The notes: generated from the sequence alone by a model not told the origin. Counted from the stretch's first letter, positions 8,469 through 19,258 are shown. The stretch is DNA of 38,126 nt from Gemmatimonadota bacterium (GCA_039586365.1 JBDHKN010000089.1:1-38126), one strand, 5' to 3'. Numbers and translations are program-made.

Positions 8469-11102
8469 ATGATAAGGCCCGAGCGTCTAACGATCAAAGC
8501 TGGAGAGGTGCTACGGGATGCCCAGTCGTTAGCCGTGGACAGGGGTAACCCGGTTATCAACGACCTCCATTTGTTCCAGGCTTTGCTGAGCCAGGAGGAG
8601 GGAATCGTCGTGCCGGTGCTTCAGAAGTCCGGGCTGAACGTAACCGAGCTCCGAAGCGAAACGGAAAGAGAAATCGACCGTCTCCCGTCACAGAGCGGAG
8701 GCAGTGCCCAGCCCACCATGGCCAGGGAGTTGGTCGACACGCTGGCTGCGGCGGACGTTTTGGCCAGTGAGTTGGGCGACAGCTATGTGTCAACCGAGCA
8801 CCTGCTGGTCGGGTTGGTCGCCACCCGGGGTACTACGGCGCAGCAACTCCTCACTGCTCGCGGGATCGACAGGGCACAACTGCTCCAGGCGCTGGAGCAG
8901 GTCCGGGGCAGCCATCGTGTCAGTGATGTTGAGCCGGAAGGCAAATACCGTGCGTTGGAACGATACACTAAGGACCTCACCGATCTTGCACGAAAAGGAA
9001 GGCTGGATCCGGTGATCGGACGGGATGAGGAGATCCGCCGCGTGATCCAGGTTCTGTCACGCCGCACCAAGAACAACCCTGTTCTCATCGGCGACCCGGG
9101 TGTCGGCAAGACCGCGGTTGTGGAGGGACTTGCCCAACGGATCGTCAACGGAGATGTGCCTGAACCGTTGCGAGGCAAGCGGATCATCTTGTTGGACATC
9201 GGACAGTTGCTGGCCGGTGCAAAGTACCGAGGAGAATTCGAGGAGCGCCTCAAGGCCGTGCTGAAGGAAGTGACCAGCGAGGAAGGGCGTTTCATTGTCT
9301 TCTTGGATGAGCTGCATACGATTGTGGGTGCTGGTGCTGCTGAGGGCGCAGTTGACGCGTCCAACATGCTGAAGCCAGCGTTGGCACGCGGTGAGCTACA
9401 TATGGTCGGAGCGACGACACTGGACGAGTACCGCAGGCACCTTGAGAAGGACAAGGCCCTCGAGCGGCGGTTCCAGCCCGTGTACGTAGGTGAACCGTCC
9501 GTAGAGGACACTGTCGCGATACTGCGTGGGCTCAAAGAGCGATACGAAGTACACCACGGTGTACGCATCACTGACAGCGCGATCATCTCAGCCGCCACAC
9601 TGTCAGATCGCTATCTGGGTGAGCGTAAGCTGCCTGACAAAGCGATCGACTTGATCGACGAAGCAGCGAGCCGACTGAGGATCGAGATCGACAGCTTGCC
9701 GCAGGAGATCGATGAAGTGGAACGGCGCATGATCCAGCTGCGTATCGAGGAACAGGCCCTCTCCCGCGAAAGAGATCCGGCAAGTGAGGAGCGTCTCGAT
9801 TCTGTGAAGAAGGAGCTCGCCGAGCTGAATGAGCAAGCACAGAGCATGAAGGCTCAGTGGCAAGCTGAGAAGGACTCCATTAGGCGATTGCGGGAGAAGA
9901 AGGCGGAACTGGAGGAACTGCGCCTCACAGCTGAGCAGGTCACCAGGGATGGTGATCTGCAGAAGGCAGCGGAGATCCGGTACGGGAGCGTTCCCGAGTT
10001 GGAACGGGAGATCGAAGTTGAGAAGAGGCGGCTTGACGAGATCCAGGGCAAGGCGAAGTACCTCAAGGAGGAGGTAGAGGCACACGACATTGCAGAAATC
10101 GTGTCGCGGTGGACAGGTATCCCGGTAAGCAAGATGATGGAGTCGGAGCGGGAACGTCTCACCGCGCTCGAGGTAGAATTGGCCCGTCGAGTCATCGGGC
10201 AACAAGAAGCTCTAGCGGCAGTATCGAACGCCGTCCGTCGCGCGCGTGCAGGGCTGCAAGATCCCAACCGACCGATCGGCAGCTTCATCTTCCTGGGACC
10301 GACAGGAGTGGGCAAGACCGAGACCGCTCGGGCGCTGGCTGAGTTTCTGTTCGACGACGAGCGGGCATTGGTGCGGCTGGACATGTCGGAATACATGGAG
10401 AAGCACGCTGTCGCACGCATGATTGGAGCACCTCCTGGATACGTGGGTTACGAAGAGGGAGGACAACTCACCGAAGCCGTCCGGAGGAGGCCATACTCAG
10501 TGATACTGTTCGATGAAATTGAGAAGGCTCACCCGGATGTGTTCAACATGCTGTTGCAGATACTCGATGATGGGCGGCTCACCGACAGCCAGGGCCACCA
10601 CGTGGATTTCCGGAACGCCGTTGTCATCATGACCTCGAATATTGGAAGTCAATGGATTCTCGAGTTGCAGGGTCAGCAGGATGAGGCCGAGCGACGGGTG
10701 CTTGAAGCTCTGCGGCAGACTTTCAAGCCGGAGTTTCTCAACCGTGTGGACGACGTAATAGTATTTCACCAACTGTCCCGCGAGGATCTGGCTGCGATTG
10801 TCGAGTTGCAGCTGGACAGACTGCGGCAACTGTTGGCCGCCCGGGGCCTTGGTCTTGAAATGACGCCAGAAGCCAAGGAGTTCCTGGTTGCAGAAGGCTA
10901 CGATGCGGTCTACGGAGCGAGGCCGCTGAAGAGAGCTATTCAGCGACTGATTCAAAATCCGTTGGCCCTTGAGATGCTCGAGGGTGGATTCGCAGACGGC
11001 GACGTAGTACGCGTTGTCCGTTCAGCCGACGATAAGCGACTGGAGTTCACCAGCGCTTTAGCCAGGCAGCGGGAGTCGGCTCATGGTGCCACCGCTTCCT
11101 AG
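8469..11102 (+). CDS. clpB: ATP-dependent chaperone ClpB
   Basis: Clp N-domain, two AAA+ modules ([16 protein letters not shown]), long coiled-coil middle domain and [13 protein letters not shown]; 877 aa. Confidence 0.97.
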   Translation: MIRPERLTIKAGEVLRDAQSLAVDRGNPVINDLHLFQALLSQEEGIVVPVLQKSGLNVTELRSETEREIDRLPSQSGGSAQPTMARELVDTLAAADVLASELGDSYVSTEHLLVGLVATRGTTAQQLLTARGIDRAQLLQALEQVRGSHRVSDVEPEGKYRALERYTKDLTDLARKGRLDPVIGRDEEIRRVIQVLSRRTKNNPVLIGDPGVGKTAVVEGLAQRIVNGDVPEPLRGKRIILLDIGQLLAGAKYRGEFEERLKAVLKEVTSEEGRFIVFLDELHTIVGAGAAEGAVDASNMLKPALARGELHMVGATTLDEYRRHLEKDKALERRFQPVYVGEPSVEDTVAILRGLKERYEVHHGVRITDSAIISAATLSDRYLGERKLPDKAIDLIDEAASRLRIEIDSLPQEIDEVERRMIQLRIEEQALSRERDPASEERLDSVKKELAELNEQAQSMKAQWQAEKDSIRRLREKKAELEELRLTAEQVTRDGDLQKAAEIRYGSVPELEREIEVEKRRLDEIQGKAKYLKEEVEAHDIAEIVSRWTGIPVSKMMESERERLTALEVELARRVIGQQEALAAVSNAVRRARAGLQDPNRPIGSFIFLGPTGVGKTETARALAEFLFDDERALVRLDMSEYMEKHAVARMIGAPPGYVGYEEGGQLTEAVRRRPYSVILFDEIEKAHPDVFNMLLQILDDGRLTDSQGHHVDFRNAVVIMTSNIGSQWILELQGQQDEAERRVLEALRQTFKPEFLNRVDDVIVFHQLSREDLAAIVELQLDRLRQLLAARGLGLEMTPEAKEFLVAEGYDAVYGARPLKRAIQRLIQNPLALEMLEGGFADGDVVRVVRSADDKRLEFTSALARQRESAHGATAS

Positions 11103-11580
11103 ACAGCCCTCGCTGAACGACATCGACCGATTGGGCATGGAGGCGGCGCTGGAGGAAGCCAGGATCGCCGCGCGGATCGGTGAAGTGCCTGTTGGCGCTG
11201 CGATAGTCGTTGGACACGCTGTTGTATCCAGTGCGCATAACTCGACTGTGAGCCTCAACGACCTGACGCAGCACGCTGAACTGATGGCCATACAACAGGC
11301 GCTTGCCGCGATGCCCAGTGATCGACTCGAGCGTGCAACGCTCTATGTGACACTCGAGCCGTGTGCCCAGTGTGCGGGGACGATCCTACTCTCGCGGGTG
11401 GGTCGAGTCTTGTTTGGCGCCTACGATCCCAAGGCTGGAATGGCGGGGAGCGTGGAGGACATCTTGCGGCATCCGAGTTTGAATCACAGGCCGGAAGTGC
11501 GCGGCGGTGTGATGGAAGATGAATGCAGAGCGCTGCTGAGGAGTTTTTTCGAGAGTCGTCGTGGTAAAGCTGACCAATGA
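11083..11580 (+). CDS. tadA: tRNA adenosine(34) deaminase TadA
   Basis: [27 protein letters not shown] and LLRSFF motifs. Confidence 0.88.
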   Translation: MVPPLPRQPSLNDIDRLGMEAALEEARIAARIGEVPVGAAIVVGHAVVSSAHNSTVSLNDLTQHAELMAIQQALAAMPSDRLERATLYVTLEPCAQCAGTILLSRVGRVLFGAYDPKAGMAGSVEDILRHPSLNHRPEVRGGVMEDECRALLRSFFESRRGKADQ

Positions 11581-11865
11581 TCGGAGAGCAGACCGGTCAC
11601 GGCATCCGTTGTCCCTTTCCTGATATGGGGCTAGCTTATTAGACCTGCCATCTTACCGGTGAGCCGAGCGTGAATGGGTGATCTTCGTCGTAGCCCATCC
11701 GTTGCGCTTCCGGGCTGTTGCGCTCTCCCTCGTTGAGTAGGTAGCGGTGGTGTTGGAGTGGCTCCGACAGTGAAGCTGAGGGGGAAGGCTAGCACTCGGT
11801 AGTCGACAATCACGCAGCATGGTTCTACTTAGTACCGGTATTTCAACCTATTCGATGGTGACTCG

Positions 11866-12951
11866 ATGGTGGTACAGAAGATTTGCTCTAATCATTGGGT
11901 AACATGCCTGGCGGTGACTGCGTTGTTCGTCCCGACGGTGCTAACGGGGTGTGAGCAGACTGGGAGCTACTCTGATGGCAAGGCATACGGTGTCGCATTT
12001 GATTCCGAGGTGCTCGCCGTATTGGGTGGTGACTCCATCACCATGGAGGACCTCCCCGATGAGGTGGGAAGCCGACTCGCTGCCATCGAATTCGGGTATA
12101 GGACGCGCAGGTATCAGGCCCTCGAGGCTGCCCTACGCAACGTGGTCAGAGAACGGCTGCTCGAGAGAGAAGCTGCCGCTCGTGACATTTCACCTGGAGA
12201 GCTGCTTGCGGCCCAAACCGACGGCAAGATCAATGTAACCGAAGAGGACGTGGCTACGTGGTATAGACGCAACCGCTCACGGCTAGAAGGCAGGGGGTTG
12301 AGTGAACTGTCAGTCCAAATCCGCCGGTTCTTAGAGGAGCAGGAACTGACCAGGGTGATGGATTCGTTCTTGGCGGAGCTGGAGGATCGAGAAAATGTAG
12401 TGTATCTACTCGAGCCGGCACGAGCCAACCTCGATAACAGTGGGGCGCCGACACTGGGACCGGACGATGCGCCCGTTACCGTCACCGAGTTCTCTGAATT
12501 TCAATGCCCGTACTGCAGCGTCTTCATGGAATCCTTGTACCAGCTGAGAGACAACTACGGCGACAAGGTCCGAATCGTGTTCAGACACTTCCCATTGGAG
12601 ATCCATCGTGATGCCTTCAAGGCCTCCGAAGCGTCGATGTGTGCCCTAGAGCAGAACCGTTTTTGGGAAATGCACGATCTGCTCTTTGCCGAGCAACGCA
12701 ATCTGGCAGTGGGGGATCTCAAAGAGAAGGCGAGACGACTAGGCCTGGATCAGGACGCTTTCGACGAGTGCCTTGAGTCGGGACGCTACGAAGAGAAGGT
12801 CCGCCGCGACATGGCCGAAGGACAGAACTTTGGCGTGGAGGGGACGCCTGGAAGCTTCGTGAATGGGATTGCGGTGTTGGGAGGGGCCTTGCCGTACGAA
12901 ATGCTAGCGGAGCTGGTTGAACAGGAGCTGCGACGACTGGATCGCAACTGA
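11866..12951 (+). CDS. DsbA/thioredoxin-domain lipoprotein with SurA-like N-terminal helical region
   Basis: Lipobox LTGC; EFSEFQCPYC active site, FRHFPL and GVEGTP. Confidence 0.85.
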   Translation: MVVQKICSNHWVTCLAVTALFVPTVLTGCEQTGSYSDGKAYGVAFDSEVLAVLGGDSITMEDLPDEVGSRLAAIEFGYRTRRYQALEAALRNVVRERLLEREAAARDISPGELLAAQTDGKINVTEEDVATWYRRNRSRLEGRGLSELSVQIRRFLEEQELTRVMDSFLAELEDRENVVYLLEPARANLDNSGAPTLGPDDAPVTVTEFSEFQCPYCSVFMESLYQLRDNYGDKVRIVFRHFPLEIHRDAFKASEASMCALEQNRFWEMHDLLFAEQRNLAVGDLKEKARRLGLDQDAFDECLESGRYEEKVRRDMAEGQNFGVEGTPGSFVNGIAVLGGALPYEMLAELVEQELRRLDRN

Positions 12952-13001
12952 GTTCGTCTGGACCGCGAGCCCGGGGCACAGGCCTGTACACTCTGCCTGG
13001 C

Positions 13002-13856
13002 TTACCCGTTCTCAGCCGAGTTCATCTTACCCACCACGACCGTGACATTGTCCCTGCCCCCTCCCTCCAGGGCAGCGTCCACCAGCTGCTCACAAGCAGT
13101 CTTGGCGTTGGGAGTGCGCTGCAAGATCTCGGCAATGCCATCGTCTCCCACATGCCTGGTCAGGCCGTCTGTACACAGCAGCATAACGTCATTCCATTCC
13201 AGATCAATCAGGCCTACTGACGGTAGGATCTCGGCACCTATTGCGCTGGAGAGCGTGCTGCCCAGACTGCTTCGTTCTACCTGCTCTTCCTTCATTATGC
13301 CTTCGTCGATCATCAACTCGCCCATTGTCTGGTCACGGGTGAGCTGCCTGAGCCGTCCCTTGCGGAGGTAGTAGGCCCGGCTGTCGCCCACATGGATGAT
13401 GTAAGCGCGGGGCCAGATCAGAGCGACCATCGTAAGCGTAGTTGCCGGTCCCTTGCCGTGGCTGGAGTATTCTCTCTGGACCGTCTTGTGTGCATGCTGA
13501 ACAGCGTTTTCCAGATTCTCTAGGAACTCGTTTTCACCTTCTACGTCGAAGCTGTAGTAGCACCCCATTGTGCGTCCTATGTATGTGCCCAACGCTTGCA
13601 CTGCCGTACCACTAGCGAGACGTCCGCCACCGATGCTTCCCACACCATCAGCGACGACGAACAAATGGGCCTCAGATTGCTTCAGGTGATCGAACGCGTG
13701 CACGTTGTCTAGGTTGGTCTGTTGTACTGTCAGGGCCTTGGTTGCCGCAGCGAGGAAGAAATGATCTTCATTCACCTCCCGTACTTTACCTACATGGCTC
13801 ATCCCGTAGGCGTCGATCGAACCCTTGAGCTTGAAACGGTCGCTGTCGTCGGTCAT
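13002..13856 (-). CDS. PP2C-family Ser/Thr protein phosphatase
   Basis: GKVREVNED, VVADGVG, HVGDSRAY, LLCTDGL and GGRDNVT motifs. Confidence 0.92.
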   Translation of the reverse strand: MTDDSDRFKLKGSIDAYGMSHVGKVREVNEDHFFLAAATKALTVQQTNLDNVHAFDHLKQSEAHLFVVADGVGSIGGGRLASGTAVQALGTYIGRTMGCYYSFDVEGENEFLENLENAVQHAHKTVQREYSSHGKGPATTLTMVALIWPRAYIIHVGDSRAYYLRKGRLRQLTRDQTMGELMIDEGIMKEEQVERSSLGSTLSSAIGAEILPSVGLIDLEWNDVMLLCTDGLTRHVGDDGIAEILQRTPNAKTACEQLVDAALEGGGRDNVTVVVGKMNSAENG

Positions 13857-13871
13857 CTTGCTACCGATGTC

Positions 13872-14369
13872 TCAGGACTTGATTGTTGCTGCTGCCAACC
13901 AAAGAAATGCTTCTTCCACGCCTTCTCCTGTTTTCGCACTGGTGCCTAAGGCATGGAGGCCATGATCAGATAGTGTGTCATAATCGTCGGTCCTGAGCAG
14001 CCATTGGTCCGTCAGATCCTTCTTGTTGAGGGCGACTGTCGTGGGAACGTCACCCACTGTCTCGTGAGCCATCTCGTGGAGTGCATACAACTGTTCTAGC
14101 GTTTCGCGTCGCGTGCCATCTACTACGTAGAAGAGGCCGCCTGACCCCCTCAGGTAGCTGGCTGGCACGTCCTGGAATTCATCCTTCCCAGCAAGGTCCC
14201 ACAGCAGGAGATTGACGGTAGTCCCTTCCACCTCGACTTGCTTCCGATCGATCTTCACGCCGACCGTAGAGTGGTATTTCTCCGAGAACTTGGAATACAC
14301 GAATTTCTGGACCAGACTCGTCTTGCCAGTGGCGAACATACCCACCATGCAGATCTTCTTCTGGATCAC
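13872..14369 (-). CDS. Rab-like small GTPase (Ras superfamily), stand-alone G domain
   Basis: G1 GMFATGKT, G2 STVG, G3 WDLAG, G4 NKKD and G5 TSAKTG; 165 aa. GTG start overlaps the upstream stop (GTGA). Confidence 0.9.
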   Translation of the reverse strand: MIQKKICMVGMFATGKTSLVQKFVYSKFSEKYHSTVGVKIDRKQVEVEGTTVNLLLWDLAGKDEFQDVPASYLRGSGGLFYVVDGTRRETLEQLYALHEMAHETVGDVPTTVALNKKDLTDQWLLRTDDYDTLSDHGLHALGTSAKTGEGVEEAFLWLAAATIKS

Positions 14370-16168
14370 TCTTGTGTGCCTCCCCTGTCTGTGCCAAAGG
14401 TTACCCTAACCAAGAAGGAAACACTACGGTTGATGCGGGCCTGGTCCGTCGCTGCTGTCGAGGAAAGAGGATCGGATGTTCCGATGCCGACTGCGTTCAT
14501 AGCTGCTCCTGGGATCCCCCGTCCTGCCAAGATACTACTCACGCCGTCTGCCCGTTGCTGGCTAAGGAGTCGGTTGGTCTCGTTCGATCCGGTAGTATCG
14601 GTGCGGCCGACAATGTTGAGTGCCGCTGCGTAGTTGCGCTCTTCTGCAATGCCCCGGAGGCGTTGGAATGCAGTGGCAACCTCATCCAAGACCCCTCTGG
14701 CGGTTGCGTCCAGCGTCACTGATCCAATGGCGAACTGGATCCGGTGCTGCTCCACTTCATCTTTGAGCTCCGCTAATTCAGGTGGCAAGATCTCAGTGAC
14801 ACCGGAGACGTCGACGGTTGTTACACCAGGAGGCAGGGGTCCGCTCCGGACCAATCCTGCGATCCACTCTGGCGTAGCAGATCCGCCAGCGTAAAGCGTA
14901 TCTCCACGCAGTCCCAGAGCAACACTCGCGGGTGGATCGAGCATCCGGTTTGCTCGCGCTAGGACCAGACTCGGTTCGAACGAAACATAGGGTCTCCATC
15001 TGGCCTCGATCCGCGTCGTGTCCAATCCCATTCGAGCGAGCAAGCGCATCGGTTCAGCTGCAGCCGGGTCGAGCAAGCCAGACAAGCGCCACGTCCGCCA
15101 GCCCCGCTCAGGCTCGATCAACACTATCCCTGGTTCGTTCTCGAGCACAGTCAATGCTGCGCGCCACCGTTGGGCTGAGCGGAGGGCGAGAGTGGTGAGA
15201 ACGACTATGACCAGGATTGTCACCACCCAGGCAATCCGCGGGGCTAGGCCAAGGCTGGTCGGACGGTCGGTGGCGACTACCGTCTGGAGACACTCTTGTA
15301 GGAGCGACCGCGTGGATTCGAACGGTGCAGCGTCGCCATCGAAATCCACTAGGGGGTTGGTGAAGTGCAGGTGGATTGTCTCCAGTGTAGCTTGTAGTTG
15401 CTCGAGGACGCTCCCTGGAGGTTGCCCGCTCACCACGGCAGCGATGTGAGCTTGCGGTCCTTGCTCCACCAACACGGTTCTTTCCCCAACTTCGAAGGTG
15501 CGGAGGTCTCCTTCCTCCTCCGAGCCCGCGTCGAAAGAATCCTGCACGAAATCGCGGATTGCAGTCATCATGCTGGAGATGAGGTCGGCGTCCTGCGCAG
15601 GTATGCCTTCAGCGGTCACCTCGGCCAGCAGCAGGCCTGTTTCCGCATGTATCAGCAAGACCTGCTCGACACGATAGACCAGCGCATATTTGACCACGAT
15701 CTGTGCGAATGGGACCCCGGTGCGCCACGCTTCGATGCGCCACTTGAGGCCCTTCAAGGAGAGGCTATGCTCGATGGCGCGATTGATCGTGTTGACGATC
15801 CCGGCCATGGTCTCGCCGATCGCCTTGCGAATCGCCGGTCCCAGAATCGGGAATATGGCGTGCGCAATATTCTGAGGGTTGCGTCTTACGGATTCGCTGA
15901 AAGCGTCCTGCAAAGTGGGGGCCAGAGAACGGGCTAGCTGTTTGTCCCTGGCGGTTCGCAGGGCAACAGCATCGGGGAGCTTGTCGGCTAGCTCTGCGGG
16001 GGTCAAGCTCAGTTCGTCGAGCCGTCGCTCCAGTTCCTCCAACCGTCTCCGTTCCTGACCGACCAAGAGCCGGCGCAGCTCGGTGAGTCCGCTCGGACCT
16101 TGCTTGACGTCGGGAGCAGTGTCGGATTCTTCCGGCAATGGATCGACCTTGCCGCCGTCTTCGGGCAC
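14366..16168 (-). CDS. Membrane protein: N-terminal coiled coil, predicted longin-like domain, single TM helix, periplasmic OmpA-like peptidoglycan-binding domain
   Basis: OmpA_C motifs IVGRTDTTGSNETNRLLSQQRA, GIGTSDP and NRSVSF; TM IAWVVTILVIVVLTTLAL (aa ~312-329). The longin call is inferred from the strand/helix pattern. Confidence 0.8.
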   Translation of the reverse strand: MPEDGGKVDPLPEESDTAPDVKQGPSGLTELRRLLVGQERRRLEELERRLDELSLTPAELADKLPDAVALRTARDKQLARSLAPTLQDAFSESVRRNPQNIAHAIFPILGPAIRKAIGETMAGIVNTINRAIEHSLSLKGLKWRIEAWRTGVPFAQIVVKYALVYRVEQVLLIHAETGLLLAEVTAEGIPAQDADLISSMMTAIRDFVQDSFDAGSEEEGDLRTFEVGERTVLVEQGPQAHIAAVVSGQPPGSVLEQLQATLETIHLHFTNPLVDFDGDAAPFESTRSLLQECLQTVVATDRPTSLGLAPRIAWVVTILVIVVLTTLALRSAQRWRAALTVLENEPGIVLIEPERGWRTWRLSGLLDPAAAEPMRLLARMGLDTTRIEARWRPYVSFEPSLVLARANRMLDPPASVALGLRGDTLYAGGSATPEWIAGLVRSGPLPPGVTTVDVSGVTEILPPELAELKDEVEQHRIQFAIGSVTLDATARGVLDEVATAFQRLRGIAEERNYAAALNIVGRTDTTGSNETNRLLSQQRADGVSSILAGRGIPGAAMNAVGIGTSDPLSSTAATDQARINRSVSFLVRVTFGTDRGGTQE

Positions 16169-16170
16169 TG

Positions 16171-16761
16171 TCAGTTGCTCTCCTGTGACGCTTGGAGGTC
16201 TTCGGACAGGTGCAGCGCGACGTCCGAAAACAGCTGGATGAGCGTAGCAGTATCCAACTTCTCGCCCCTCAGTTCCAGCACCGCCCGCTGCAGCTCACTG
16301 GACAGATCACTGGAAAGCTGGTTGATCTGGCTCGCTGTGGATTTGGAGTACTCCAAGATCGCTGTCCGCAGCTCGGCGTCTGCTTTGCTCGTCGAGTCAT
16401 CCAAATTGGCCACCCGCTTCTCGAAGGTGCTCACAGTCTCTTTCAACTCTGCTGCCAGGGCCTTGCCATCCTCTGCTCGCTTGGCTCGTTCACCTGCCAG
16501 TCTTTCACCCAGCGCATCGATCTCCTTCTTGATGTATGACTCGGTGTCGCTCAGCTGTCTCTGGGTGTCGACGCGGAACGCGGTCAGCTCTCGCTGAAGA
16601 CGTTCCTCGAGGCTCGCGAGTCGAGCATCGACGGCCCGCATCTGTCCTCCGAAGAGGATGTCTCTGACCTTGTCGAGGCTCTCCGGCGTTTCCCCTGGTC
16701 CAGCTTCCTCGGGGGCTCGTGAAATCGCAGCCTTCTTCCGTGGGTTATTGGTTCTGGTCAT
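16171..16761 (-). CDS. Uncharacterised coiled-coil protein, first gene of the GTPase operon
   Basis: 196 aa, E/L/A/R-rich heptads, motif SLDKVRDILFG; stop lies 2 nt before the next start. Confidence 0.75.
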   Translation of the reverse strand: MTRTNNPRKKAAISRAPEEAGPGETPESLDKVRDILFGGQMRAVDARLASLEERLQRELTAFRVDTQRQLSDTESYIKKEIDALGERLAGERAKRAEDGKALAAELKETVSTFEKRVANLDDSTSKADAELRTAILEYSKSTASQINQLSSDLSSELQRAVLELRGEKLDTATLIQLFSDVALHLSEDLQASQESN

Positions 16762-16977
16762 GGTCTCTCGTCATCGAACGGGGAACAAACGGGCCGGTAG
16801 GTTGGCCACCGAAGCGAACCATCCGCGGTTAGCAGCCAAAACTAGCGCGGTCAGAGCCTGTCGGCTACCTGGCCTCGGGCTCATGCCGCGCAGCGAACGG
16901 TGCTAGCCACGCGGACGGAGGACGGTCACAGTTCGGCTCAAGTTGCGGATGACTTTGTCGCTGATGGTGAACCACCG

Positions 16978-19258
16978 CTAGAACTCGTATTCGAGACCGA
17001 TTATCGGTAGCGTGCTCCATTGATAGACGATGTCCGGCCCATTCTCGAGTTCATTCCAGTAGTACGAGGCCACGTTCTTTCGATTGTACGCGTTCCACAC
17101 GCTAGCGTACACAATCAAGTTTGATCCGCGGAAGTGAAAACGCCTGTCGGCCCGAATGTTGAGGGAGTGGTAGTCGGGATATCGGGCCTCGTTGATCTGG
17201 CTCTCGTCCAGAACTGCGTGATTCAGGGCGGTCGATTGATCGAGATCAAAGGGCGTATAAGGAGATCCTCCAGCGTAGATCCAACGCGCACTGAACTCCC
17301 AGGTGCTGCTCGGTTTGTATCCACCCTCCAGGCTCAGAACCAGACGGTTGTCGAACACCCTGTCTCTCCAAATCACGTCGCTACCCATGTAGTGCGATCT
17401 GAAGTAGGATACGCTCGCTAGTCCATACAGCTGATGTACGAGGCGCTTTTGGACGGTCGCTTCAATCCCGGTGGTCCGGGCTTTACCGACAGCGGATAGC
17501 CGCTCGTGGTTGAGGAAGAACCCGTAGCGGTAGAACAGCTCATCGATGGTGAACAACGCTGGCTGCTGTGGATCGATCGGGAACTGCGCGTATTCTTTGC
17601 GATACATCTCCAGGGTGAGTTTCGTTTGGTCGGTGAGCAGATGTGTTAGTCCCAGCACGCAGTGAATGGCCCGGGGATCAGGGAGTTCCCGGTTCGCCTC
17701 GTTCTGGGAAAGCAGTATCGATGGGAGGCTCTGATAGTAGAGACCTGTAGCTCCAATCACCGTGGTTCTGTCATCAAGTCGATATGAGAAAGAGAGTCTG
17801 GGTGACAGGTGCCTGTTGTGACTATAGGAGTGGTAGTCGGCCCTCACGCCGATTGTGGCGGTCAGACGGTTCGCAGGTCGCACAGTGTAGCTGGCAAAAG
17901 CGCTGACTTTGCTCTCGTTCGTTGTCGTTTCCAGGATCATCTCGGGTGTGGCGCCACCGAGAGCGTCTGTGTACTCGGCGTAGAAGTTGTCATACGCGGC
18001 CTGAACGTGCTTCGCCTCGACGCCAAACTCGATCGAGTTGGTGCTATTGATTTCAAACGTATTCACATTGCGTAGCGTAGCGGTCCATTCTGAGGAGCGG
18101 TTCGTTATCAAGTGTTGCCCGGATGACGTCTCGTTGAAGTACTCATCGTATTCGCTCGAAGTGTACGACAAAGACGTATTTGAGACGCCACCACCCCAGA
18201 GAGCACGCGTTCTCAACAGCCACAGCACTGTCGGAGTGCATTTGGTCGTATCCCATTACACCTAACAGCATGAGCTTGTGGTTGGGGCTGAAGTCATACA
18301 CGAGCTTTCCCTGGTAGTCACCGTAGCGCGGTGCGACTGTAGAGCCGACATCTGCCAACTTGATGATCAGGTCCAGGTAGCTTCTGCGAGCTGAGAGGAG
18401 CCAAGCTCCCCTGCCACTGCCGAGGGGACCTTCTGCCACCCCACCGAAACCGGCGAAGTTGAGATCCAGTTGACCGTCGAACTCGTTGCGATTGCCCTCG
18501 CGAAGCTTGATGTCCATGACGGAAGAGAGGCGGTCCCCGTAGCTGGCGGAAAACCCACCGGTGCGGAAGCTCACGTCCTGGATGAAGTCCACATTCAGAA
18601 GGCCGATTGCGCCCCCCGAGGTTCCCTGAGTAGGGAAGTGATTGACGTTTGGTATCTCCACATTGTCGACAAAGAATGCGTTTTCGATCGGACTGCCGCC
18701 GCGGACGATGAGACTGTTGCTTTGATCATTGATCTTGGCGACGCTTGGAAGCGTTGCCATAATCCGGCTCACGTCACCAGCTGATCCGGGGGCGCGACGG
18801 ATCTCCTCACCCGAATAACCAGTGATGCTGGTCGGCTGTTTTTCTTCGTCGGGGAAGTAACCACTTACAACGACTATGCCGTCTAGTTGCACAGGCAGCC
18901 GCTCGAGTTCGACGTCAACAAATGTGATCCGGTTCGGCCGGACGATGACGTCGGGTCGCGCCAGCGGCCGGTACCCGATCATCCTGAATTGGACCGTGTA
19001 GCTGCCGAGGGGCACGCCCTCGAGAGTGAACCAGCCGTCACCTCCGGTGTTGGACACTAGTTCTGTCCCGTCCAGACTCACTGCCACTCCCGGGAGAGCG
19101 GTCCGGGGCTTTCTGCTGTGGACCTGTCCCTTCACGGTTCCAGTCGGCTGGCTCTGTCCCACCACCGATGAAGTCGATGGCTGTGCTTGTGTTGGCAGGA
19201 GAAGGAGGGTGGAGAGCCAGCAGGCGACTCGTGTCACAACCTGGCTGTGATATCTCAT
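16978..19258 (-). pseudogene. TonB-dependent receptor with N-terminal carboxypeptidase-regulatory-like domain, disrupted near 18205
   Basis: The 5' ORF (ATG 19258) has a signal peptide, GTVKGQV...PGVAV and plug VRGGSPIENAFFVD, GGFSASYGDRLSSV. The 3' ORF is a beta-barrel ending LEYEF. The frames switch at ...AVEN/RALWGGG; span 2281 nt = 3n+1. Confidence 0.8.

Noticed and set aside
11581..11865. Possible tRNA (Ser/Sec) or ncRNA after tadA
   Set aside because: No cloverleaf or TTCGA T-loop; only short hairpins such as TGTTGGAG-tgg-CTCCGACA, which are expected by chance at this GC content.
13872..14369. MglA or Roco assignment for the GTPase
   Set aside because: It lacks the MglA-type GxxxxGKTT...TVPGQ signature and has no adjacent stand-alone MglB gene; there are no LRR or COR domains.
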